Shown here: positions 32,748 through 43,856 of the stretch, one piece after another
Layout of the letters: every line of letters starts with the position of its first letter
How positions within the stretch are numbered: the first letter of the stretch is position 1
Assembly: GCA_964016885.1 (NCBI GenBank)
Contig: OZ024742.1
Span: forward strand, 75,330,001-75,394,000
Direction of reading: 5' to 3'
DNA length: 64,000 nt
From: Eledone cirrhosa
Lineage: Eukaryota
Position numbers and translations under genes: made by a program
The notes under the pieces: generated by a model
What the model saw: the letters and a program-made list of their open reading frames with translations, nothing else
Databases searched by the model: none
What the model was told of the DNA's origin: nothing

Positions 32748-32786
<39 letters not shown>

Positions 32787-32945
32787 AGGAGGTTATAGTT
32801 CACTTGAAGCATTGTGTAATGAGGTATAAACGTTTGTATATGTATAATAAAGCCAAAACAATGCAGGTATGGACATAGAATAAAGAATGCAAATGCAAAA
32901 GATATTGTTGACAATTAGTCTTTTACCTTAGATTTATTTAAATGT

Positions 32946-32980
32946 CCTTAATTTTCGAGATAATATCTCTTCTTCGGAGG
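32946..32980 (-). ncRNA. Minimal hammerhead-like motif in the PLE 3' UTR (inverted arm)
   Basis: Minus strand reads CCT-CCGAAGA-A-GAGAT/ATT/ATCTC-GAAA-ATTA-AGG: U4>C core variant, 3-bp stem I, AATT palindrome at stem III. Confidence 0.5.
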
Positions 32981-33370
32981 GAAGTAAAGCGGTTAAACCA
33001 GTGTTCTAAATAGCTTGCCAAGTCATGCTGACAGGAAATGGTATAGAGTATCTGTTCTATCTCTAATGTCAAAGAGTTAAGGTTAGGTGGATAAAGAGTA
33101 GTCTCCCTTTAAAAGTTTTTTTGTACATGCCTGTTTAAGTGTGTGGGAGAATGCATGAAGGTGTAAGTATGTGAGTGAGTGTGTGTAAGTGTGAGCAGAT
33201 ATGTCTATACGTAAATGTGGAGGATAGATGTTATCTCGTGTTAGAACTGGTCTTTGTGTGTGTATGTGTGTGTGTGGGAGAGAATAAGTGGAGGTGTAAG
33301 CGTGTGTGTGTGCGTGTGTGTGTGCGTGTGTGTGTGGGGTGTGTGTGTAAATATGGGGCTAGAAGCTCTA

Positions 33371-34407
33371 TCAAGTTATAAATTGGGTGTTGAGTTCTAG
33401 TCTATTATTGATTGGTGGTTGTCTTTTGTCTATAATTAGAGCTTCCTTAATTCTAAGATTGCCGAGGTTTCTTTCCTTAGTTTCTATCCTAACTGTTATG
33501 ATTTTGTCGGTGTTTTTGCATTTAACTAGGTGTTTCTTAAATGAAGAAGCGTTAGTATTGAGGTGTTCTTTTATTCTTATGTGGAGTGCTCTGGTGGTGC
33601 TACCTACGTAGAAGTTGCTGCATTTGTCACACTCTAGTCTGTATACGACGTAAGCCTGGTGGCATAGGTCTGTGTCGTTGATGGGGCAGTTGGCTAGCCT
33701 GCAGCAGTTGTCATGTCTGGTGGAGTGTCTTTTGGTTAGCTGTCCTCGTAGAGAAGGACCTGAGTGGGCCAGTTGGATATCTAGTCCCTCTCGTCTGATA
33801 GCTCTGCGGATCGCTGTTGTTGTTTCGTCACTGAAGTGTGGGAGCTTCATGAAGCAAGTGTTAGTGCCTCGGGTGTGGTGTCCTCTGTTCTTTCTGGCAC
33901 GGTTTGTGGTGGATGTCGTGTATCCGTTCAGTTTGAGTACTTCCAGGAAATGTGTGGTGTGTGTGTCTCGGTCTGTAGCGTCGGTGCATTTGTTCCGGAT
34001 ACGTGTTAGTTCGTTCCTTATGTATCCGAACTTAGCGCCGGCTGGGAGGGCCGATCTGAAATGTACGAACAGGTCCCTGCTGGCGGCTTTTTTATAGAAG
34101 CAGGTGTGGATGTTGCCTTCTTCTGTTACCCTGAGTTGGAAGTCCAGTAGGGATAGGGATCCGCGGTATTCGGGGTGTTCCATGCTGAACTTTATACTGG
34201 CGTCCATGCTGGAGAATGTTGTGTATATTTTATCTGCCTCCTCACGGGATGATGTAAGGATGAGTATGTCATCTACATATCGGGTGAAGAAGGTATGGGA
34301 ATGGCAGGTGTTGAGGGCTCGGCATTCTAGCTGGTTCATATAGGTGATGGCCAGCAGGCCCGATACGCTGGATCCCATGGGTAATCTTGTTGTCTGTCTG
34401 TATGTGT
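33371..34407 (-). pseudogene. PLE polyprotein, C-terminal half (RT catalytic motif through GIY-YIG endonuclease), inverted arm
   Basis: Open frame with intact YVDD and the full C-terminus ...NNRLELNTQFIT*. The N-terminal RT is missing, and the ATG at 34450 lies across the inversion junction. Confidence 0.88.
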
Positions 34408-36378
34408 TCATATTGAAACAGAGACTGGACGACAAATTATGGCTCGACATAGAAACGAATTTCTGTCGGGCTGCCTACCAACTAAAATGGATATCGATTC
34501 TCGGCAACAACACAACGGAATCTAACAAACCCAGATTCCCGATATACCAACTGGATCGCCCACTCTGTACACCGCCTGCCAACTGCGAGCTTGAAGAAAA
34601 ACTCTCGACGCTAAAACATTCCGTATTTAACATCTTACGGAAACAGAAGAAAATAGCCCCAAACCTCTCCAGGAAACAACAACTCGCCCTGAAGAACCAA
34701 CGGAATAGGGAACTTATATACTTACCATCCGACAAAGGTAAAGAGTTTTGCGTCATCTCTCAAGCCACATACAACAACCTAGCCTCTGAACACCTAAGCG
34801 ACAATGAATTATATACAGAGATCCCTGACATGACTGCAGCCCAGATCGAAAAACAGACCAACTCCATCTGGTTCGATATCTGTAGGAGAAGACAACTCCC
34901 AAATAAAGTTAAGCTCAACTACACCACTAGAAATAGCAGACTGCCCACTTTGTACCACCTCATCAAGACCCACAATAATAGTACTAAGACGCAAATAAGA
35001 CCCATCGTCTCTAGCATAGAAGGACCCCTATACAACATTTCCTGGCTCCTCTCCCAGGTCCTCAAGCCTCTACTCTCCACCTTTCCCGGGCATGTCAGTA
35101 GCTCCGACGAAGTCATACGTAGACTACAGCAACTCCAGCCAGAACAACTTAAACTAAATAGATACGCCTTTAGCCTCAACGTTGTCTCCCTCTACTCTAC
35201 CGTCCCCGCTCATCCAGCTGTCGATTTATTGACGGACTGCGTGGTCTCAGAGGTCATCCACTGCTACGGCCTCCATCCGACGGACATACACCAGCTTTTG
35301 TCCTTCACAGTAGACAACACGTACTTCACCTTCCACCACCACACATACAGAGAAACAACAGGATTACCCATGGGATCCAGCGTATCGGGCCTGCTGGACA
35401 TCACCTATATGAACCAGCTAGAATACCGAGCCCTCAACACCTACCATTCCCATACCTTCTTCACCCGATATGTATTTGACATACTCATCCTTACATCATC
35501 CCGTGAGGAGGCATATAAAATATACACGACATTCTCCAGTATGGACGCCAGTATAAAGTTCAGCATGAAACACCCCGATGACCGCGGATCCCTATCCCTA
35601 CTGGACTTCAAACTCAGGGTAACAGAGGAAGGCAACATCCACACCTGCTTCTATAAAAAAGCCGCCAGCAGGGACCTGTTCGTACATTTCAGATCGGCCC
35701 TCCCAGCCGGCGCTAAGTTCGGATACATAAGGAACGAACTAACACGTATCCGGAACAAATGCAACGACGCTAGAGACCGAGACACACACGCCACACATTT
35801 CCTGGAAGTACTCAAACTGAACGGATACACGACATCCACCACAAACCGTGCCAGGAAGAACAGAGGACACCACACCCGAGGCACTAACACTTGCTTCATG
35901 AAGCTCCCACACTTCAGTGACGAAACAACAACAGCCATCCGCAGAGCTATCAGACGAGAGGGACTAGATATCCAACTGGCCCACTCAGGTCCTTCTCTTC
36001 GAGGACAGCTAACCAAAAGACACTCCACCAGACATGACAACTGCTGCAGGCTAGCCAACTGCCCCATCAACGACACAGACCTATGCCACCAGGCTTACGT
36101 CGTATACAGACTAGAGTGTGACAAATGCAGCAACTTCTACGTAGGTAGCACCACCAGACCACTCCACACAAGAATAAAAGAACACCGCAATACTAACGCT
36201 TCCTCATTTAAGAAACAACCTAGTTAAATGCAAAAACACCGACAAAACCATAACAGTTAGGATAGAAACTAAGGAAAGAAATCTCGGCAATCTTAGAATT
36301 AAGGAAGCTCTAATTATAGACAAAACACAACCACCAATCAATAATAGACTAGAACTCAACACCCAATTTATAACTTGA
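34408..36378 (+). pseudogene. PLE polyprotein (RT + GIY-YIG), 5'-truncated and damaged
   Basis: Corresponds to ORF 34344-36227. The catalytic YVDD is mutated to YVFD. A +1 frameshift near 36218 (KKQPS* versus KKHLVKC in the other arm) precedes the original TGA at 36376-36378. Confidence 0.88.
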
Positions 36379-36779
36379 TAGAGCTTCTAGCACCATATTC
36401 ACACACACTCCACACACACACACGCACACACACACGCACACGCACACACACACACACGCTTACACCTCCACTTATTCACTCTCACACACACATACACATT
36501 CACAGACCAGTTCTAACACGCGATAATATCTATCCCCCACATTTACGTATAGACATATCTTCTCACACTCACACACACACACTCACATACTTACATCTTC
36601 ATGCATTCTCCCCCACACTTAAACAGGCATGTACAAAAAAACCCTTTTAAAGGGAGACTATTCTTTATCCACCTAACCTTAACTCTTTGACATTAGAGAT
36701 AGAACAGATACTCTATACCAATTTCCTGTCAGCACTACTTGGCAACCTATTTAGAACACTGGTTTAACCGCTTTACCTC

Positions 36780-36814
36780 CCTCCGTAGAAAAGATATTAT
36801 CTCGAAAATTAAGG
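36780..36814 (+). ncRNA. Minimal hammerhead-like motif in the PLE 3' UTR (forward arm, more decayed)
   Basis: CCT-CCGTAGA-A-AAGAT/ATT/ATCTC-GAAA-ATTA-AGG, with two changes relative to the other arm. Confidence 0.4.
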
Positions 36815-36973
36815 ACATTTAAATAAATCTAAGGTAAAAGACTAATTGCCAACAATATCTTTTGCATTTGCATTCTTTATTCTATGTCCATACCTGCATT
36901 GTTTTCGCTTTATTATACATATACAAACGTTTATAACTCATTACACAATGCTTCAAGTGAACTATAACCTCCT

Positions 36974-37010
<37 letters not shown>

Positions 37011-37015
<5 letters not shown>

Positions 37016-37111
37016 GTGGTTACACAACAGTTAGTTCACCATACCGATATGGTGAACTAACTGTTGTATAACCACTTCTACCTAACTCGTCCCTTGGACT
37101 GAGTGTTCCAC

Positions 37112-37114
<3 letters not shown>
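37011..37114 (+). repeat. 104-bp module A': hairpin plus 34-nt tail between (TA)n tracts; right copy
   Basis: Hairpin at 37011-37080 with loop CCGA, followed by the tail CCTAACTCGTCCCTTGGACTGAGTGTTCCACCAC. Confidence 0.92.
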
Positions 37115-37164
<50 letters not shown>

Positions 37165-38625
37165 CATAATAATAATGATAATAATAATAATAATAATTAC
37201 GTGGTGGATAAAAGGTCATGAAATCGGTCCCGTAAGTTTTTGATTTTTAACATATTTAAACCAATTGTGAAATAACAATTCCTAGTACAAATGATACATA
37301 AAGCACCAGACTCAATTCGCAGAAAAATTCTGATCCATAATATATTGTTATATCGTTCAAATATTCAATTTTGTATTATACATTTTATATTCAAAAAAGA
37401 ACATGGTCATAAATGGAAGAAAACCCCCTCTGTCTACACTATATAGAACAGCCAAATAACAGCAATTTCACAAACACCAGAAACTAGATACACCACCTAC
37501 CCCTCTGTGTACACTAAATACAACAGCCAGATAACGGCAATTTCACCACCACCACCACCACCAATCCCAGCATAATAATAATAATTACTATTATTATTGT
37601 CTCAAGTTTTAACAAAATGTTTAATTCCAATATTAAGGGAATATGTCAACACATATATTAAACATACGCGACAAACGCATAAATACACAGATCAAACACA
37701 ACTACAGTCTATTCAACAAAACTCAGTAACGACAAACGCCATCACTATAGTCACCGCCGCCACCACTCCATCCATCATTGCTACCACTATCCCATCCCAT
37801 CACCGCCGCCACCACTCCTTCATTGCTACCACCGCTATTCCCCCATTACCTTCTGTTAACTTACGAAAGGGGAAGGTGGCGGTATCACTAGACAATATTA
37901 ATAAACAATATTAATATTTAATTTTGGATTAGGAATGTTGAATTCGAAAAGGAGGAAAATGACAAAATGACTAAATAGCTAAATAGCTAAAGATAATTTC
38001 ACCACCAACACCACCACCACTACCACGCTAAAAACTCTGGTCAAGTTGCCTCAACCTCTATTTCTACTTCAACTTCAACACCATCACTACAGTACTACGA
38101 TCACATCACCACCACCACTGCCTCATTATCGCTGCCGCCGCTATTCGCTCCCACTACCTCCTGCTAGGTACTACTAGCACAGCACCACCACCACCACCAC
38201 CACTGCCTAATTATCACTACCGCCGCTATTCTCTCCCACTACCTCCTGCTACATCGTAGTGTCCCCACTAAAAGAGGAAGGCATCAAAATATATAAATAG
38301 ACTGAATTGATGACCCGGTCAAAATCAAAAAACCAAAATCAAAATCGAAGCAGCACAGCAACAACGAAAAACGTAAAGAAAAGTAAAATGAAGAGAAGAA
38401 CAAACAGACGGACATAGAAGGGAAGGGAAAAACTAAGTCAGACATTCAAACATTACATTACAATGACACATATGCTTATTCATTTTTTGATTTTTTTTTG
38501 CCTGTCTGTTTGTTTATTTATGTTCGTCTACAGCGTGATAATGCCACACAAAAATCACCGGAAGTGACGAAATCACCGGTGGTTATGTAACCATACATTC
38601 GTCAATCCTCGATAAGAGTGTTTAA

Positions 38626-41600
38626 ATGTCGAACCTAAACAGTTCGAATAACGGTGAAGTGGAGACTAGAATGTCATGTGACAGACTCTCACCCAACAGG
38701 TGCTCCCTGGCTCAGCAGCAGGGACTTGGCTGTCAACCAAATACTGCTGGTGTCGGAGGAAGAAGAAGAAGGAAAGGGACCAGAACCAACTGGACGAAAG
38801 AATTGAATAGAACTATTATGCAATGTTACCTGAACAGTAACCCCAAGGAGAAAGGCTATAGGAAACGGATGCATAACATCTGGAACGAGATTGGTCTATT
38901 TAAATTAGATGAACAAAAAGTGGCAAGGCAGGCTCGGGTAATAAGAACTAATGGGTGGATAAGCGAGCTGGAACTGGAGGAAATGAGCAGAGAGATTAGC
39001 TTGGAAATGGAGAGTGGAGTATGCCAGGCAGACGAGCCAGGGGGAAATGAAGGTGAAGAGGTCGAGACAACGGAGGAACGATCCGAAGCAGACAATGATC
39101 TGAATGCTGAAATAAATAATACCTGGAACAGAGATACGGCCACTGAGGAGATGAATGCTGACGGGCTAGGACAAGATTTGGTTGATATCCTAAACTTAGT
39201 GGTAGATGAATTGAACAATGATAGTGGGAAACCTATGAACCTAAGATTTGTAGACAGGAAAAAGTTAAAAGAAACAACAGCTAAGGTAAACAAAGTCATC
39301 CCATACCTTGAGGCGAGGAGCCTTCACCAGTGCAACAATATCCTCAAAGCAACAGCAAATACGGTGAGGAAATTACTTGGTATAAAAGCGAGAGGAAACA
39401 ACAAACAAGAAAGATCAGAGCCTTGGTGGAAGAAACGACTGAGTGGTCCAATCAGGGAAATGAGAAATGACATTGGAAAGCTTGAGTCCCTACTGAATGG
39501 GACACTAAAAAACATAGACACTAAAAATAGACTGGAAATAAAGTACAAAACTAGGAGGAAAAAGCTAAATGTTATCATAGAGCAACTAAAGCAACGCATT
39601 GTAGCAAAGAGTGCAAAAATCAGGCGATACGAGAACAGAGTCAGTCAGTATAGACAGAACCGCATGTTTGACAACAACCAGAAGATGCTGTTTGGACAGC
39701 TTGAAGGGAAAGAAAGAGGCAACGACTTGATCCCTGAGGCGGAACACACAAAAACATTCTGGAGAGGAATATGGGAGCAGGATGTTAAACATAATGACCA
39801 GGCAGTGTGGATTGAGACAATACAGAAGGAGATTAGTGAACAGGCACACCAACAAACTGATTTGAGTATCACAGTTGAAGCTCTTAAGGGGCAGGCCAAA
39901 AAACTAACCAACTGGAGATCACCAGGTCCAGATGGTGTGCAGGGGTATTGGATTAAAAATATAACATCCCTCCACCCGAAACTGACAACCATGTTCAATG
40001 ACTGCTTGATGTCAGATGAGGTACCAGAGTTGTTGACAAAAGGTACCACAGTTCTGGTAATGAAAGACCGAATCAAGGGTAATGATGTTACCAACTATAG
40101 ACCTATCACATGTCTGTCCGTAATGTGGAAACTGTTGACAAGCATTATGTCTGAGGAAATCTACCATCACCTCCACACAAACAACTTGTTACCGGACGAA
40201 CAGAAAGGATGCCGAAAGAAGTCCCGTAGTACAAAAGACCAGTTACTTATTGATAAGATGGTAATGAGGAATTGCAAGAGGAGACACACTGGTCTTGCCA
40301 TGAGATGGATAGACTACAAAAAGGCATTTGACATGGTGCCTCATTCTTGGATCACCAAAAGCCTGGAGATCTTCAGGGTGGCAGATAACATTAGACAGCT
40401 GTTGGGCAAAAGTATGAAGTCCTGGGAAACAGAGTTAACATCAGCTGGAGAATCCTTGGGAAGCGTGAAGATCAAGAGAGGTATCTTCCAGGGAGATAGT
40501 CTGTCCTCTCTGTTGTTTGTCCTTGCCCTGATGCGCCTGACCAGTATACTGCGAAAAGTGAGAGCAGGATACAGGTTGGGAAAGGGAGGGCTTACCATCA
40601 ATCACCTCCTCTTCATGGACGATCTTAAGCTCTTCGGGAAGAGTGAGAAGTAGTTGGATGTGCTTATTGACACTGTCCGTATTTTCAGCAATGATATATG
40701 TATACAATTTGGTATTAGTAAGTGTGGAGTCCTTGTGATGAAGAGGGGTAAATTGAGCAGAAGTAATGGAATCCAGGTACCAACAGGTGACATGATAAAG
40801 GAAATTGACACTGAAGAAGGATACAAGTATTTGGGTGTTCTAGGGGATGATGACATCAAGAACAAAAAAATGAAGGAATTGTTAAGAACTGAATATATTC
40901 GGAGAGTAAGGAGCGTATTAAAGTCACATCTGAACAGTAGGAATGCCATAAGTGCAGTAAATTCCCGAGCTGTGTCTATTATTAGGTACAGTGCGGGAAT
41001 TCTGAAATGGAATGTTTCTGAACAAAAAGAAATGGATAGGAAGACTAGGAAGTTATTGACTATCTACAACATGTTCCACAAGAGGAGTGATGTCGATAGA
41101 CTCTACTTAAGGAGATCTGAAGGTGGAAGAATTCTTATCATCATAGAAGACTGTGTTCAGATGGAGAAAAACAACCTACACAAATACGTGACTGATAATA
41201 GGGAGCCAATGCTCAGAATTATACTGAAGGAGAGGACAATAGACCAGGGGATGTTCAAGGAGGAAATAACAGCAAGGAGAAAGAGCAATCTTCATGAAAA
41301 ATCCCTTCATAGTACCTTCTTTGATAAAACTGAATTTAGAGATCCACAGACATGGAACTGGTTGAAAAGAGGAAACCTTATAAAGGCTACAGAAGGAAAG
41401 CTAATGGCTGCCAAAGAGCAGGCCCTCAAAACGAAGTGGCTGAAACACCATATTTACAAGGAGGAGGCTATCCCACTGTGTAGGATATGTGGAGAGAGAG
41501 AGGAGACAGTGGCTCACATTGTATCCGAGTATAAACACCTAGCCCAGACTCACTATAAGGGCTGGAGACATGATGTGATAGGCAGGGTCATCCACTGGCA

Positions 41601-42049
41601 CCTATGCAAAGTAAACAATTTACCACATTCTGAGAAGTGGTATGAGCATAAGCCAGAGTCGGTGATAGAAAACGATCAGGTGAAAGTGCTGTAGGATTTT
41701 AGGATACAGACTGACAAGAAACTGGAACACATTAGACCTGACCTGGTGATTGTGGACAAAGAAAAAAGATCGTGCCTGATTGTGGATGTGGCCTGCCCAT
41801 TCGACACGAGAGTGCAAGAGAAGGAGAGGGATAACATTAACCGATACCAGGACTTAAAGTGGGAGGTAAAAAGGATTTGGAACTGCCATGAAGTCAAAGT
41901 GGTCCCGATTGTCATAGGCGCACTTGGTACTATCTCAAAAAGTTTCCAGGGATGGTTAAAGAAAATTGGCCCCTTCACGCTTTTTGGAACGTTTCAAAAG
42001 GCATGCTTGCTGCGAACAGCAAGAACCCTCCGATACGCCTGAACATCTG
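38626..42049 (+). pseudogene. R4/Dong-like polyprotein with in-frame TAG stops at 40651 and 41692 and a terminal frameshift
   Basis: ORFs 38626-40653, 40654-41694 and 41746-42042 are collinear in one frame. Confidence 0.9.
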
Positions 42050-42126
42050 AGGCTGCATGTAGTGGCTTGATATTCATTTCAACAAACTTCCAGTTAACTA
42101 ACATGAATGACTGAGACTCAAAGAAC
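38626..42126 (+). mobile_element. R4/Dong-like non-LTR retrotransposon (single ORF: RT, zinc knuckle, restriction-like endonuclease), copy 1; true 5' end not resolved
   Basis: Motifs: SPGPDG, NYRPITCL, EQKGCRK, DYKKAFD, GIFQGDSLS, LFMDDLKL, CRICG..EETVAHIVSE, RHD, RPDLVIVD...IVDVACPFD. Short 3' UTR, then (AAT)n. Confidence 0.92.
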
Positions 42127-42148
42127 AATAATAATAATAATAATAATA

Positions 42149-42234
42149 ATTGTTTCTACTTTTGGCACAAAGCCAGCAATTAACCAGTGTATTACTGGTA
42201 CTTTATTGTATCGACTCTGTAAGGATGAAAGGCA
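42149..42234 (-). mobile_element. 5'-truncated SINE (3' part) inside (AAT)n
   Basis: Reverse complement matches TGCCTTTCATCCTTAC...GTACCAGTAAT...TGTGCCAAAAGTAGAAACAATT of the other copies. Confidence 0.88.
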
Positions 42235-42257
42235 ATAATAATAATAATAATAATAAT

Positions 42258-43835
42258 ACCAAATACAGCTGGTGTTGGAGGAACAAGAATCAACTGGACG
42301 AAAGAATTGAAGGGAACTGACATGGAATGTTACCTGAAGAGTAACCCCAAGGAAAAAGGCTATAGGAAACGGATGCATAACAACTGGAACGAGATAGGTC
42401 TATTTAAATTAGATGAACAAAAAGTGGCAAGGCAGGCTGGGGCAATAAGAACTAATGGATGGATAAGCGAGCTGGAACTGTGGGAACTGAGCAGAGAGAT
42501 TAGCTTAGAAATGGATAGTGGAGTATGCCAGACAACCGAGCCAGGGGGAAATGAAGGTGAAGAGGTTGAGAGAACGGAGGAAGCACCGAGGTAGACAATG
42601 ATCTGAATGCTGAAATAAATAACATCTGGACCAAAGATACGGCCATTGAGGAAATGAATGCTGACGGGTTAGGACAATATTTGGATGATATCCTAAACAT
42701 AGTGGTAGATGAAATGAACAATGATAGTGGGAAACCTATGAACCTAAGATTTGTAGACAGGAAAAAGTTAAAAGAAACAACAGCTAAGGTAAATAAAGTC
42801 ATCCCATACCTTGAGGCGAGGAACCTTCACCAATGCAACAATGTCCTCAAAGCAACAGCAAATGAGGTGAGGAAATTACTTGGCATAAAAACGAGAGGAA
42901 ACATCAAACAAGAAAGATCAGAACCTTGGTGGAAGAAACGACTGAATGGTCAAATCAAGGAAATGAGAAATGACATTGGAAAGCTGAGTCCCTACTGAAT
43001 GGGACACTACAAAACATAGACACTAAAAATAGACTGGAAATAAAGTACAAAACTAAGAGGAAAAAGCTAAATATCACCATAGAGGAACTGAAGCAACGCA
43101 TTGTAGCAAAGAGTGCAAAGATTAGGCGGTATGAGAACAGAGTCAGTCAGTATAGACAGAACCGCATGTTTGACAACAACCAGAAGATGTTGTTTGGACA
43201 GCTTGAAGGGAAAGAAAGAGGCAACGACTTGATCCCTGAGGCTCACATTGTATCCGAGTGTAAAAACCTAGCCCAGACTCACCATAAGGGCTGGAGAGAT
43301 GATGTGATGGGCAGGGTGATCCACTGGCACCTATGCAAAGTAAACGATTTACCACATTCTGAGAAGTGGTATGAGCATAAGCGAGAGTCGGTGATGGAAA
43401 ACGATCAGGTGAAGGTGCTGTAGGATTTTAGGATACAGACAGACAACAAACTGGAACACAATAGACCTGACCTGGTGGTTTTGGACAATGGAAAAAGATC
43501 GTGCCAGATTGTGGATGTAGCCTGCCCATTCGGCACGAGAGTGCAAGAGAGGGAGAAAATTAACCGATACCAGGACTTGAAGTGGGAGGTAAAAAGGATT
43601 TGGAATTGCCATGACTTTAAAGGGGTCCCGATTGTCATAGGCTCAAAGAGTTTCCAAGGATGGTTAAAGAAAATTGGTCCCACCCCGATTTTTGGAACAC
43701 TTCAAAAGGCATGCTTGCTGGGAACAGCAAGAACCCTCCGATACGTCCTGAATATCTGAGGCTGCAGGTCGTGGCTTGATATCATTTCAACAAACTTTCC
43801 TGTTAAATAACATCAATGACTGAGACTCAAAGAAC
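42258..43835 (+). mobile_element. R4/Dong-like copy 2, 5'-truncated, with an internal deletion of the RT
   Basis: Aligns to 38736-39740 and then 41514-42126 of copy 1, with the same 3' end GACTGAGACTCAAAGAAC. (AAT)n flanks both sides. Confidence 0.92.
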
Positions 43836-43856
43836 AATAGTAATAAAAATAATAAT

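Larger units (their letters stand above)
31553..32756. mobile_element. Non-coding foldback element B (402-bp inverted arms 31688-32089 and 32355-32756, 265-bp spacer, 135-bp extra tail) in (TA)n; probably a PLE-derived/retrozyme-like insertion
   Basis: The arms differ at only ~3 positions by eye. Each arm carries an outward-facing hammerhead motif. (TA)n flanks both sides. Confidence 0.8.
32785..36975 (+). mobile_element. Penelope-like retroelement (PLE), 5'-truncated, with an inverted 3' arm (32785-34407 pairs with 35341-36975)
   Basis: Motifs: DKG (YLPSDKG), RPIVS, GLPMGS, RYVDD, FLD-like LLDF, a Cys-rich linker and C-terminal GIY-YIG (VVYRLECDKCSNFYVGSTTR..IRIKEH). Both 3' ends abut (TA)n. 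Confidence 0.93.

Noticed and set aside
27893-33381. Short ORFs with ER, SL, HT or CV dipeptide runs (also at 53342-56257)
   Set aside because: They are translations of microsatellites.
34344-36227. Intact 627-aa protein or domesticated RT gene
   Set aside because: The first ~21 codons come from the antisense arm, a catalytic Asp is lost and the C-terminus is frameshifted.
31387-37114. Cut-and-paste DNA transposon with 104-bp TIRs
   Set aside because: No transposase is present, and the inverted symmetry continues inward through (TA)n into the PLE arms, so PLE foldback explains it better.
37201-37208. GTGGTGGA matching the end of module A
   Set aside because: Only 8 bp, compatible with chance.
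38595-38640. HDV-like ribozyme around TCCTCG upstream of the R4 ATG
   Set aside because: I could not build P1, P2 or P3 pairings by eye.
40651-40653. First TAG in R4 copy 1 as an editing or read-through site
   Set aside because: The position is normally Glu/Gln, not Trp, and it is visible in one copy only, so it is likely an ordinary nonsense mutation.
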